Assembly (NCBI GenBank): GCA_951406725.2
Contig: OX597831.1
Coordinates: 45,074,001 to 45,138,000 of the forward strand
Origin: Octopus vulgaris
Taxonomy: Eukaryota
Reading direction: 5' to 3'
DNA: 64,000 nucleotides
Below are positions 28,370-42,144 of this stretch, piece by piece. The notes beneath the pieces were generated by a model. The model was not told the DNA's origin. It worked only from the letters and a program-made list of their open reading frames with translations, and did no database searches. Both the position numbers and the translations under genes were made by a program. Each line of letters begins with the position of its first letter. Position 1 is the stretch's first letter.

Positions 28370-29544
28370 GGATCTTTTCTATTCTGAAGCCAGGACCACA
28401 GATCTTTCTACTTAACTAAATAATCTGAAACTTCGTATGCTGATAGAGTCTAGCAAAACAAGACACAGGTTGGAACTAGTTTATTTGAGAAAAATCTATT
28501 TTATGACTTTAATCGTAGATTAAAACTGCGAATTTTAACCAATCAGATTGTTTGTTTTCATGTGTAAAACTTGACTGCATTCTATTAGTGTGACGTAGAA
28601 AGCGCTTTTGTGACGTACTAACGTTCGGAAAACTGTAAACAAACACAGAACGTAACGGCAGACGAAATACGGCTACGCATTTCGCCCGACGTGCTAACGT
28701 TTCTGCCAGCTCTTTGCTTTTTTAATATTAAATTTCGGCGAAGTTTCTCTTGTCGTAGCACAAGTTTTCCGTCGATTTCCGTAAAAAACTTTTATTTTTT
28801 TACATAAGTAATGAGAGCGAAAGAGACTAAGAGGAAGCGATTTTATGACGAGGGAAGTTTGTCTTTGAAGTTACCGTCTAGGGGAAGCATTGATGTACAT
28901 GTGTGTGTGTGTGTGTGTGTTTGATGGGGTGTGGGAGACAGTATGTTGTGTAAGTGAAGCGCTTCTGTTAGTGTGTGTGAAGAGACAGAGAGAGTAATGT
29001 GTGAAAGAGAGAGATAACTGAAATTTTTTACTCGGTGTATGTGTATATGTATGTCTGCATGTATGTGTGTGTGTGTATGTATCTATGTATGTATGGCCGA
29101 TTCATCGTAATTACGATGAATCGGCCATACATACATACACACACACACATACATACACACACACACATACTTACACATACATACACACACACATACATGC
29201 AGACATACATATACACATACACCGAGTAAAAAATTTCAGTTATCTCTCTCTTTCACACATTACTCTCTCTGTCTCTTCACACACGCTTGTTTACATTTAA
29301 GATGTTTAATACGTCACGAAATTGGTGGTCGAGACGGAGTAAATAAAATAAAGCCGAATGACGGAATATCATTGGTTAAAATTCTAATTATTAAACAACG
29401 TTAAACTTAGAAGTTACAATTCCGTTTTCATTCTGGTTTACAATTAAGTTTACTTTTGACACATTCTACCAGTATACGAAGTTTCAAATTGTTTGGTTCA
29501 GTAGGAAAAATTTGAAAAAACTGGCTTCAGAATAGAAAAGATCC
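28370..29544. mobile_element. Merlin-like MITE inserted in a SINE
   Basis: TIR GGATCTTTTCTATTCTGAAGCCAG at both ends; perfect 8-bp TSD GCGGAATT (28362-28369, 29545-29552); flanks rejoin into the SINE consensus. Confidence 0.9.
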
Positions 29545-30062
29545 GCGGAATTTGAACTCAGAACGTAAGGATAGACGAAATGCCGCATTTGCCCTGCGTG
29601 CTTACGATTCTGTCAGCTAGTCGCCTGCACAATATAAGCTGAAAACTTCACTAAGCGTTACTCCGAGTTTCATGTTTCGGTCTTTCGATCACTGTCGGAA
29701 GATGTGAAACGTAAAATGGTTAGTAACAAATCGTAAAGCTTTCAGTTTATCTGTGCGTGCGTGTGTATATGTGTGCGTGTGTGCGTGTGCACGCGCACAT
29801 AGCGATTATATGCACCGAATAAACAAAAGGAAGAAAGATAATATTAGCTGATATAGCCTTTATTTTATCGTTGCTATGTAAGATACAACTTGGAGTTGTT
29901 GTACACAGATTATTTGCAGATCTATTATCCATTTTGTAGGTGGTTAGGTTCACTTGTGAGTGACTGCTAGGAGAACGGGTGGAAGAAAGAGAGAGAAAAA
30001 GAGTAAAAGAATTTATCTCTGTGGTTGACCAGTAAAAAAAGGTGAAAGTTCTGTAGACTCAC

Positions 30063-30121
30063 CGTGACAAGCCAAAAGTGAAGGGAGTAAAACAGAGTTG
30101 TGCTCTTCTGGTGAGGAAGGG
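30063..30121 (-). CDS. Candidate internal exon of an unidentified gene
   Basis: ccctttaacttAG acceptor, ACG/GTGAGT donor; PFLTRRAQLCFTPFTFGLS in phase 0. Confidence 0.3.
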
Positions 30122-30250
30122 CTAAGTTAAAGGGGTAGAACCGAATTTGGGTTCCGTATTTATACTTTTTTCTAAATTAAGTCAGGCTAAACAAAGGATG
30201 AACTTACATACATACATACATATAACACACACACACACACAAATACACAA

Positions 30251-30288
<38 letters not shown>

Positions 30289-30949
30289 GTATATGTAATA
30301 TAGTAATATAACAGGGGTCCTGCTTAGGTAAAATCGGTGTATTTCACTCAATTCATTTCAGAAGAGTATCATTTATTTTAACATGGAAAATGTTGAGAGT
30401 GACTTCGAAGTTCCTTCGCTCTTTGGCTTCGCGAAACTGTGTACGACCGGTGAAAGTTCGAAGTCACTGTTAATTTTGGTTGTGTGGTAAGAATTTTACT
30501 TCCCCCCACAGGGTTCAGTCGCACTGCGCGGCATCTTGGGCAACTGTTTTCTATCATAGCCTTGGGACCAAAACCTTGTGAAAAGATTTGGTAGATGGAA
30601 ACTAAAAGAAACCCGATGCATATGTGTGTGTCTGTCTGTCTGTGTATGTCTGTCTGTCTGTCTGTCTATGTCTCTGTGTTTGTTCCCCACTACTGCTTGA
30701 CAACCGGTGTTGGTGCGCTAATGAAACTTAGCGGTTTGATAAATGAGACCAATACAGTAACTACAAGACTTTAAAACAGAAATAAACACGGGTCGATTCG
30801 TTCGGCAAAAATTCTTCAGAGCAGTGCTCCAGCATGGCCGAAGTCTAGTGACTGAAACAAATTAATGATAAATCAAAATTAACCACGCACATAATTTTCT
30901 ACATTAAATAATTTAGGCGCTATGGGGTTACAAACGGAGTGATACTAAA

Positions 30950-31300
30950 GTTTATCATTTAAGTGTATATGAGCATGTCTAGACATGCAGCTATATGCAT
31001 GAGAATACATACATAAAAGAAAACATACAAATCTACACACCAATATACATATATAAAACAAAACATACAAATCTACACACCTATATACATACATACATAC
31101 ATACATACATACATACATACATACATACATACATACATACATACATACATACATACATACATACGTACGTACATACATATCCTATTGATGTTGGAATTCC
31201 AATGATGGCGCTTTGAATTTAGATTAGAAACCGGCTCTTTCTCTACTGACATGAAATCTTGAAATAAAACTGAACAATGACATACATACATACATACATA
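30950..31300 (+). mobile_element. R4-like retrotransposon 3' UTR with (TACA)n
   Basis: AAGTTTATCATTTAA (ORF end) ... TTAGAAACCGGCTCTTTCTCTA..GAAATAAAACTGAACAATGACATACATAC, homologous to 47126-47776. Confidence 0.8.
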
Positions 31301-31539
31301 ATGACTGCCTCATCTTGTGAGATGATAGCCATTTCACAGGTGAGACATCCGTACGTCATTGGATTTAAGTGACAAAAGCTCGTACAACACTTTTGCCATT
31401 TTTCTCTAAAAGGATCCAACCCTCACGTGATGAACCAAAATGGGTAGTTAAAAGTAAAAAGCTACAATATGGGCAGCAAAAGATCAAGAGAGCTCATGTT
31501 GCCACTATAGTTTCATCAGACTTTGCCGCAGATTTCGTC

Positions 31540-31752
31540 TACGAGGGTGTACTGAAAAGTTCCTGACTTTAAAGGTACGCGAAAGGTGTGGGTGGAAACC
31601 TAACCTCCATAGTTCTTTTACAGAGCTTAAAAAAACTGGAAGACCGCTGCAAACATTTTGTGAATCTGCGTGCAGAATATGTTGAATAAAATCATAATTA
31701 ACTGATCTGCCTGTATTTTTTTTTTTACCCAAATCCAGGAAATTATCAGCAA
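31540..31752. mobile_element. mariner-type MITE (TACGAGGG-type TIR)
   Basis: TACGAGGGTGTACTGAAAAGTTCCTG ... CAGGAAATTATCAGCA; inverted homologue at 58113-58333. Confidence 0.65.
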
Positions 31753-32044
31753 TATATGCTACTGAGATTAACACGTATCCTCCATTCAAGACTTCGAATG
31801 GCTGAGTACATCGATTTATGAAAAGACATGGCCTCAGTTAGCAACAGAAAACGCAGATATTTCAGCAGCTACTTTTTAATGGGATGGTTGGTTGAAGAAT
31901 TAAGCTGGTTTTGAGTTCCAGCATTCTTTGTGCAGGTAGATAAATGAAGAACAAGAAAACCAGGTTGGATTAAATGCGACGGTTTATTCAACCTGTTAAA
32001 GAGCATCAACACGGCAAAATTGATGAAATACGTCTTGAATAATA

Positions 32045-33021
32045 CTTATTTCTTTACTGCCCACAAGAGGCTAAACATAGAGGGGACAAGCAAGGACAGA
32101 CAAAGGGATTAAGTCGATTACATCGATCCCAGTGCGTAACAGGTACTTAATCTATCGACCCTGAAAAGATGAAAGGCAAAGTCGACCTCGGGAAATTTGA
32201 AATCAGAACGTAATTGCAGACGAAATACCTATTTCTTTACTACCCACAAGGGACACAGAGAGGATAGACAAACAGATTAAGTCGATTATATCGACCCCAG
32301 TGCGTAACTGGTACTTATTTAATCGACCCCGAAAAGATGAAAGGCAAAGTCGACCTCGACAGAATTTGAACTCAGAAAGTAGCGGCAGACGAAATACCTA
32401 TTTCTTATTTACCCACAAGGGGCTAAACACAGAGCGGACAAACAAGGACAGACATATGTATTAAGTCGATTACATCGACCCCAGTGCGTAACTGGTACTT
32501 AATTTATCGACCCCAGAAGGATGAAAGGCAAAGTCGACCTCGGCGGAATTTGAACTCACAACGTAACGCAGACGAAATACCGCTAAGCATTTCGCCCGGC
32601 GTGCTAACGTTTCTTATTTCTTTATTGCCCACAAGGGGCTAAACATATAGGGGACAAGCAAGGACAGACAAAGGGATTAAGTTGATTACATCGACTCCAG
32701 TGCGTAACTGGTACTTAATTTATCGACCCCGAAAGGATGAAAGGCAAAGTCGACCTCGGTGGATTTTGAACTCAGAACGTAATTGCAGACGAAATACCTA
32801 TTTCTTTACTACCCATAAGGGGCTAAACACAGAGAGGACAAACAAGGACAGACAAACAGATTAAGTCGATTACCAGTGCGTAACTGGTACTTATTTAATC
32901 GACCCCGAAAGGATGAAAGGCAAAATTGACCTCGACGAAATCTGGACTCAGAACGTAGCGGCAGACGAAATACCGCTAAGCATGTCGCCCGGCGTGCTAA
33001 CGTTTCTGCCAGCTCGCCGCC
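32045..33021 (-). repeat. Second tandem array of SINE-derived ~180-bp units
   Basis: Five units of the same family as 16845-17902; head sequence appears only at ~32580-32612 and ~32960-33021. Confidence 0.95.
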
Positions 33022-33169
33022 ACATCTTGAATGATACTGTCAGAATATATACGTTTTGGTTTCTCGTGCCGTTGGTGCTTGATGATGTATGCAGTGTAGA
33101 AAAGGAAAGCAAATACGTGACATGGCTTCTGCTGGAAGACAGGAACAGACGTAACGCGTCAAAGGTTAC

Positions 33170-33320
33170 CTGAGGCCATCTGCATAATAAAACTCCTTTC
33201 TGCTGAGATCCGAACTCGACCAAGCATCCCAGCTCACTGAAGAATAGCGGAAAGATTTCTCTTTTTAAAGCTGATGGTAGGCTCCAGCGAATAGGCATAA
33301 TTTGCCCGCGCTCGACTGGT
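33170..33320 (-). CDS. Candidate internal exon of an unidentified gene
   Basis: ttgacAG acceptor, CAG/GTAACC donor; the only open frame is PVERGQIMPIRWSLPSALKREIFPLFFSELGCLVEFGSQQKGVLLCRWPQ; not recognised. Confidence 0.3.
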
Positions 33321-34163
33321 CTGTCAAGTGATGGGTGTATGTATGTATGTATGTATGTATGTATGTATGTATGTATGTATGTATGCATGTATGTATGCAT
33401 GTATGTATGTATGTATGTTAGTATGTATGCATGTATGTATGCATGTGTGTATGCATGCATGCATATGTGTGCTTGTATGTATGCATGTATGTGATATATG
33501 TATATATGTCTGTATGAATGCATGTATATTTATATGTATGTATGAATGCATGCAAGTATGTATGCATATATGTATGAATACATGTATGTATGCGTGTTTG
33601 TACGAATGTAATATTGTAGTTAGGTATGTATGTATGTATGTGATGTATGTATATATGTATGTATGCATGAATGCATGTATGTATTTGTGAATGCATGCAT
33701 GTATATATGCATGTATGTATGCATGTATGTATGCATGCATGTATATATACATGTACGTACGAATGCACGTATATATGCATGTAGGGGCGTACGTACGCAC
33801 ATATGTATGTATGCACTAATTAAACATATAAATGACCCAAGTCGCTGTAATGTACTCCACAATATTGTTTAAAGCAACATATTGAGACATCCGTGGAAGA
33901 TAAAAATGGTGAGAATAACGACAATAAATTAATGTATATCAGTTTTAACCCCGACATACTACCAGGGATATAGATCTCGTCTAGTGGAACAACAACGCAA
34001 AGTTACAAAGTAACACGTACTCTTGGAAAGATTGCGAAGATTCAAGTTTGATAACAGACAGCAAAATGTACAGAGAAACATAATAGGCTTCATATAACAT
34101 CTTTTAGAAAAGTAGCTTACGTATATACGTGCATATATGTGTGTACGTGTATTTGTATGTATA

Positions 34164-34230
<67 letters not shown>

Positions 34231-34273
34231 GAATTTCTAAATCTCTCGTAGAGACATGTACGGTGGTGGGGCG

Positions 34274-34725
<452 letters not shown>

Positions 34726-34726
34726 A

Positions 34727-34772
<46 letters not shown>

Positions 34773-34886
34773 CGTGATCACCGTGACCGACCAGGCTATC
34801 AGATGTTGTTACACATCGCTGGTCACAATGCGCTTCGCATTGTTTTAGCCTTCAAATGACGCCACCTCGCTGGCTAAGCGAGCAGG

Positions 34887-34927
<41 letters not shown>

Positions 34928-34931
<4 letters not shown>

Positions 34932-35290
34932 AGGAAAAATTTTTTTAAAATGCAGAATGCTCAAATGAAAGAAAATTTTAATAAAATGAGAAATTGATAA
35001 AATATATAAATATATATTTATTCAACCGGTTTTCGTCATTGTATGACTTGTCAAGAATATTTATGTTTTAAAAAGTTTTTTTTAAAAATTAGAAAGGGGA
35101 AAAAAAGAAAATTGTATTGTTTTTTGTAAAAGAATAATGATAAAAATGTACAAAAATTAAAAAATAAGTTCTCCGATACATTGTGAGTTCGTTGTGTATC
35201 TTGAGTTTTATGGTTGTTCACGAAAAAATTACCTTGAGGTGTTAAGATCCAAAGGGATTAAGAGCATGTGTTGTGTTGTTAAATTCAGCA
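34928..35290 (-). mobile_element. Penelope-like element 3' end
   Basis: Minus-strand order: HALNPFG/LNTSR* (frameshifted PxGLN C-terminal motif, 35270-35229), hammerhead-like motif (35059-35019), AATAAA, tail ending at (TA)n. Confidence 0.65.
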
Positions 35291-36553
35291 TGTTTGCAGG
35301 ACAGGAAGTAGTAGTAATTGTGGTTCTGGTTCTTCAGTTCCTGTGTTGTGAGTAAGGGGAGACAACTCTTTTGAGTTCTTCAATAAAACCCAAATTATAA
35401 AATTATCATTTTAGCTTCATTTGCGTTATCTTTTTTTATATATATATATATATATATATATCTTTAAAAGGTTATTATAGCTGGTAAGAGAGTGACGTAT
35501 GCTTGTAGGTACATATGAACTACTCACCGATATATATATATATCCGTAAATGTCGAACGATGAAAATGAGTGCTCAACACCGCATTGGTAGATAGAATTT
35601 CCTTATCTGCGTATTAAGGCTGCCATTGGATTTGTTCCATGTATGAAAATGTCCTAATATCTTGACAATTTTTCAAGCCGATCACATGGAGGAATGGTGT
35701 ACGCTCCCCATTTTGGATAAAAACGCAAAGTCTCGTCGAAAATTCAGAAATTCTCATAAAGAAAACATTAAATCAAGTGGCTCTACTCCTGGATGGCATC
35801 TTTTGGGTGGTTACCCCACTTGGACAAATAGTCATGTTGGATGGTAAATCTATATTATATTTTGAGTGTATGTGATGTTCGTATGCTTGTTTGGTGAGTT
35901 CCTCATAGGGATATATTTATTCTGTGCGTTGAATTCCTGTACGTGTATGTGTATTAGTATACACATTTATGCATATATATTTTATATATGCTTGTGTGCA
36001 TGCGCGTGTCCACAGTGTAACCTTAAACTGCATCTAGAAGTAGAGCCCTGATACAGGAGTTCTAGAGTTTTGAGGAGTGTGACACCATATCTTAGCAACA
36101 TTTGTTCCAGGTTTACTTTGACCCGCAATAATAACACCTATTAAGACCCCAGTTATAGTTTAATCAGCATGAAAACCACTAAGCGTGAAATGCCCCTAAT
36201 TCTTGTTAGAACTTCTTCTAGGAGAAGATAAGGTAAACTCGAATACGACAAAAATAAAACCCCAACTGCAGTTGGTTTCTGGTCGTTAATATATGCTTTA
36301 TAATCTAGTGAAATATAGAGAGCACAGGAAATTATTTGCTCATTCAAATAAATATCTTGCTTATTTACAACATCTGAAAGTTGTAGTCGATAAATAGCCG
36401 GTTCTATTGTGTTCTACTTCGGAGGATATACAGCTGGGCACAAAAGTGACAGATGGCCACGTCTTGCCGAGAGGAGAGCTAAGAAGTATGACGATATTTC
36501 TTTTATGTTTCGATTTATTTAGACAAAATGGCCGACAAAACATCGGGTTTTAT

Positions 36554-36969
36554 ATAATATTATAGTAAACGATATAGTTTCACAGATGCTTTGTATATAA
36601 AAATATTATTTGCAGAAGATTAATTTTATTTTTAATTTTTGCCACAATGCTTGATTTTTCTATTTTGAACAAAGCTACATGGAGCTGATCTAAATAAAAA
36701 CTGAAAAACTAAACGGTCGTCTTTTCAGGAAGGATCCTCGACACATTTTTTAGTGTGATCGTCGTTTGTCTTTAATATTAGTATTGTATTATGTAAGGAA
36801 AATAAGTTATATCAGAAAATTTATCTATTACATAATATTATAGTAAACGATATAGTTTCGCAGATGCTTTGTATATAAAAATATTATTTGCAGAAGAAGA
36901 TTAATTTTATTTTTAATTTTTGCCACAATGCTTGATTTTTCTATTTTGAACAAAGCTACATGAAGCTGA
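36554..36969. repeat. ~135-bp direct repeat pair
   Basis: ATAATATTATAGTAAACGATATAGTTTC..GCTACATG(G/A)AGCTGA at 36554-36688 and 36832-36969. Confidence 0.9.
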
Positions 36970-37539
36970 CCTTGAGAAAAGCATTCATTGTTCATATTTG
37001 GAGGATGTCGACCTTCAGACAAACGTCTGGCCTTGAGTTTCGTGAATTGTAAGAACAAAGAAAATGTTGACAGGAAACTAACGCTTTTGCATTATGCATA
37101 AGAGAGCACAATCACTTGAGTGGTATGTGTATTCTCTGGCTAAATAAACATTTCTTTTCGTGGGCGTCCGGAGCAATCAAAAGAACAGTACAAATAATTG
37201 TGCCATTGAGATTCTTTATATACTGAATGCACGTTGTTCCATTGCAATGGCCATTAGCTGTATCAGTTATTCAAAGAGCAATGGACGCAACTACTGTGAG
37301 AAGCATCACACTTATGCAAATTTTTTTCTTTTATCTTTAATATTTTTATTTTCATATATAACATGTAAACATGTACATCTTTTGGAACATTGTCACTTTA
37401 TAAGATTTTTCTGGCAAATTTTTTAATTAACATAAACATTTATTTACATCAAAGAAAATTACCGGGGAATGTTCATCTAATTCTTCTAAATATTTCTGTT
37501 AAAACTGTATTGAAACCATTTGTGGGGAACTTTTTTAAT

Positions 37540-37915
37540 CATGAAGTTGAGTCTCCATGTGGCTGCTGCTGTATTGTCGCTGGAACTGGCTGTCCTGTGT
37601 GGTCAGTGGCTAGACCTTAAGAGGTCTGGAACCGAAAGACATCGACTCGATGCGTCGCTGAAGTTTTATAGGGAGCAGTCAGTGCAAACTGATGTTTAGA
37701 AGCGACTGTCTCACGTGACCTTATCAGAAGGCTGCGACTGGTTGGGTTGCATATTGGTGCGCAATAGAGCAAGAGACAAATTGCGCCAATACCAACCAAT
37801 CAGAGTAGTGGACACAACAGGGTCCAAAAGGGCAACCGAAGGCTAGCTGTTATCTACTACGTCCGTATTCATGTATATATAACAGAGAGAGAAATTTCCC
37901 TAAGCGTACGCTGCA
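37540..37915 (-). mobile_element. Truncated copy of the LTR-like element at 24528
   Basis: Reverse complement matches 24528-24927. Confidence 0.8.
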
Positions 37916-38807
37916 ATCACAACAAAAACATTCATTTGGATAAAGATGTGCTTCATTACTATTGCTAACTGTATCATCCCTTAAAAAAATATTCTTTGAT
38001 TTGACACGGAAAACTATCTGTCATGACTTCTGTAATGCCATTGTTTGTTGCACAAAGACTTATATACTTGCAGACCCAATCCACAAATTTACACTTTTCT
38101 TGGAAGTCAGTAAAAGTATAGTTGCAAAAACATTTTTAGCTTGTCCTAGAAACACAAAATTATATGAAATCGTATCTTAGAATTCACGTTGCCAGTCTAT
38201 TTATTACAGAGATGCTGCAAGAGATGCAGCACGGAATTTTGTCAGTGAACAGGTCGCGGTCTCAAAGCGACGAAAATATTTTGGAAAATTAAATTTAAAT
38301 GTTGAAGTGAATCTAACGGTTTTTTGTGTGCTTCTTAAATGGCTTATAAACACCTTCCACGCTGCAATTGTAGTCTATTTATTATTTTCCTTATACATAT
38401 TTTTTCTGCCTATGCTTTCTTGATAATTTCTCCCCCTTTCAGTTACCGCACAGGCAATCTCTTTGTCTGTCACACATCACCTTTACTTTATATTCTCTTC
38501 TATCTTCCTCTCAAAGAGTGTGCGGCACTGGAGACCAACAGAAAAAGTGAGAAAGAGGGAGAGAATTTCTTTATTAACTATGAGGTTGAGAAGAAGAGAG
38601 GACGATACGAGGACAGACAAAACAAACATTGGGGTCAGGGTATCGAATGAGACAAAACATATACAATTAAATGAGAATGAGTGATTTACAAAATAGGAAG
38701 CGGAGGACACGGTCGACCCCACAAACCACATACACTGAAGACTTTGCTTTCTCCTTTTTATATCCTCGTTTAAAGAGAGAGACAGACTGACACACAGACA
38801 GACAAAG

Positions 38808-38887
<80 letters not shown>

Positions 38888-39276
38888 TGTGTGAGTGAGT
38901 GAGTGAGTGAGTGAGTGAGTGAGTAAAGGGGTAGACAGAGAAAAACATTAAAGCATATACATGAGTGTAGCTTCGGTTAGGCAACATGACACCGAGTCAA
39001 AATCGCGTTTTCAAACGATGCCATGCACCTATTCACAGGCGCTTGCACATGCGTGTTGAGAGTAAAGGCGTCTGTGTCTGCAATTTTATGTATTGGTTAG
39101 AGATTTTGTATTCGTTTCTTTATAATTAATTCTGGTTAATTAACTTCAATGGTTCATTTTTATTATATGTACAGGTATTTTTGTGTGCGTGTATGTATAC
39201 AAGTGAATTCGCTTTTAAATGTGTTTGTTCGTGCATGTGTGTGCGAGTATATCGATTTCTTGTATACACACATATA

Positions 39277-39340
<64 letters not shown>

Positions 39341-39423
39341 GGTCCCGGGTTGATCCGGGGTTAACCACAGTAAGTAAGGTACTCAATACATAGCAGAGTA
39401 AAATTAATTTATTATATAGAAGG

Positions 39424-39474
39424 AGCTTCTACAGGACTAGTACTGTTTCATTCAAGAGAAATCTTCAGGAAGCT
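39424..39474 (-). ncRNA. Type I hammerhead ribozyme motif
   Basis: Exact reverse complement of 41410-41460. Confidence 0.8.
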
Positions 39475-39794
39475 ATTTAACAAGAATTGTATTAGCATTT
39501 ATACATTTAAAGGAGTGGTGGTGGGGGACTTTTTTGGGGGTAGGCATAGCGCAAAATATCATACTTGGGGGAGTGGTCAAGGAGTCAGTGGTAAGTTAGA
39601 TGAAAGAATAGATAAATAAAAAAATAAAAAAATAATAAAATAATAAAATAATAAAAAAATAATAAAATAATAAAATAAAAAAATAAAAAAGTAAAAAGTA
39701 AAAAAATAAAATGTGTGCACATACATACATATACACATATACATACACACACACATACGTACACATGTGTGCCTATACATACCTACACATACAC

Positions 39795-39885
<91 letters not shown>

Positions 39886-40213
39886 TATATACACAATCCA
39901 ATACAGGCCCATTCCTAATTTTAATTTTATTATCTTCATTTATTACTTTTGTTATCTTTGATCGCTAGAGCAGGATCCTGGCGATGGCAGCATGTCCAAT
40001 TGTCTGTCTACTAGAAGGCAAGTACTCGTTCCCGCACGCACACTCAATAGCACGTACATACACCCATTCGTACACTCATACACATACACGTACGCACCCG
40101 TTATATTCATACATACAAACATCTACATACGTTCACGTATATACACATACGTACTCGTACCTACAGATTCATACTACACTTTAGGAGGCTAGTCTATATA
40201 TATACACCAATAA

Positions 40214-40256
<43 letters not shown>

Positions 40257-40329
40257 TACACACACACACACACATATATATACTCCTACATACAGATACA
40301 TACCTATATATATATATATATACACACAT

Positions 40330-40370
<41 letters not shown>

Positions 40371-40371
40371 C

Positions 40372-40404
<33 letters not shown>

Positions 40405-40626
40405 CATACATACACACACACACATACACATACACACACATACATACACATATATATACATACACAAACATATATACACACATATATATATATATATACA
40501 CATATATACACACATACAAACACACACCTACATACATATACACACAAACACATACATACGTAAACATACATACATACATCCATACATCCATACTTACATG
40601 CATTTATACGCATACACACACCCCCA

Positions 40627-40718
<92 letters not shown>

Positions 40719-41019
40719 CACAAAGTGTAGTATGAATCTGTAGGTACGAGTACGTATGTGTATATACGTGAACGTATGTAGATGTTTGTATGTATGAATA
40801 TAACGGGTGCGTACGTGTATGTGTATGAGTGTACGAATGGGTGTATGTACGTGCTATTGAGTGTGCGTGCGGGAACGAGTACTTGCCTTCTAGTAGACAG
40901 ACAATTGGACATGCTGCCATCGCCAGGATCCTGCTCTAGCGATCAAAGATAACAAAAGTAATAAATGAAGATAATAAAATTAAAATTAGGGAATGGGCCT
41001 GTATTGGATTGTGTATATA

Positions 41020-41085
<66 letters not shown>

Positions 41086-41409
41086 TGTATGTATGTGTGT
41101 ATGTGTAGGTATGTATAGGCACACATGTGTACGTATGTGTGTGTGTATGTATATGTGTATATGTATGTATGTGCACACATTTTATTTTTTTACTTTTTAC
41201 TTTTTTATTTTTTTATTTTATTATTTTATTATTATTTTATTATTTTATTATTTTTTTATTTTTTTTATTTATCTATTCTTTCATCTAACTTACCACTGAC
41301 TCCTTGACCACTCCCCCAAGTATGATATTTTGCGCTATGCCTACCCCCAAAAAAGTCCCCCACCACCACTCCTTTAAATGTATAAATGCTAATACAATTC
41401 TTGTTAAAT

Positions 41410-41460
41410 AGCTTCCTGAAGATTTCTCTTGAATGAAACAGTACTAGTCCTGTAGAAGCT
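41410..41460 (+). ncRNA. Type I hammerhead ribozyme motif
   Basis: Stem I AGCTTC/GAAGCT, core CTGAAGA, stem II T-TTC(TCTT)GAA-T, GAA, stem III ACAG(TACTAGTC)CTGT, cleavage triplet GTA (after 41454). Confidence 0.8.
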
Positions 41461-41469
41461 CCTTCTATA

Positions 41470-41510
<41 letters not shown>

Positions 41511-41603
41511 GAAAGTTTACGAAAATAAACAAAAGACGAAGGCAGGTGGAGTACAAACAAACAAATGTATTAGTATAGCGCTCAGGAATAGAAATAGAAA
41601 AAG

Positions 41604-41641
41604 TCTTTTACGTTTCGAGCCTTCGCTCTTCGACAGAAAGA
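41604..41641 (-). ncRNA. Minimal hammerhead-like motif with variant core
   Basis: Minus: TCTTT CTGTCGAA GAGC(GAAG)GCTC GAAA CG TA AAAGA; lies in a repeat (41508-41700) that starts at (TA)n. Confidence 0.6.
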
Positions 41642-41950
41642 TACACCGAAAAGATACACAGAAAAAACAAGGAGAGAAACAAGGAGACATATACCCATAT
41701 GTTTGTGTGTCGTTCTTTTTCTTTATTCTTCCACATTGCGTCATACTCTAAATTTCTTTTTCCGTCATCGAGTCTCTTTATCGTTCTCTACCTTCCTCTC
41801 TAAGAGATGTAATGCTCACACATTCTCTTTCTCCGCGACACACCTTTGGTTTTTTTTACCTTATCTTTTACTCTTCCTTCATTTTTGTTCCTTTCTCTCA
41901 TCCGAGTGTGTAGCGGCTCGTTGTAGACCTCTCCGATTAGTTTCCAGGCA

Positions 41951-41981
<31 letters not shown>

Positions 41982-42094
41982 GCGCACATACACAAATTTT
42001 CACAAACATACACATGTCCTTACGTAACGCAAATTTGCATAGGATATACGTAGAAATGGCGTTCTCGTAAAAACATCAGAATTGATACGTATTT

Positions 42095-42144
<50 letters not shown>

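Larger units (their letters stand above)
39338..41479. mobile_element. Penelope-like inverted pLTR pair (arms 39405-40182 and 40722-41479)
   Basis: Arms nearly identical apart from microsatellite lengths; each carries a hammerhead motif followed by AATAAA; only the left arm has a ~65-nt extra tail; both outer flanks are (TA)n. Confidence 0.85.

Noticed and set aside
33231-33265. CTGAAGA..GAAA on the plus strand
   Set aside because: No supporting stems I or II.
38446-38476. Possible minus-strand first exon MCDRQRDCLC with GTAACT donor
   Set aside because: Weak donor, phase incompatible with the next candidate exon, no recognisable homology.
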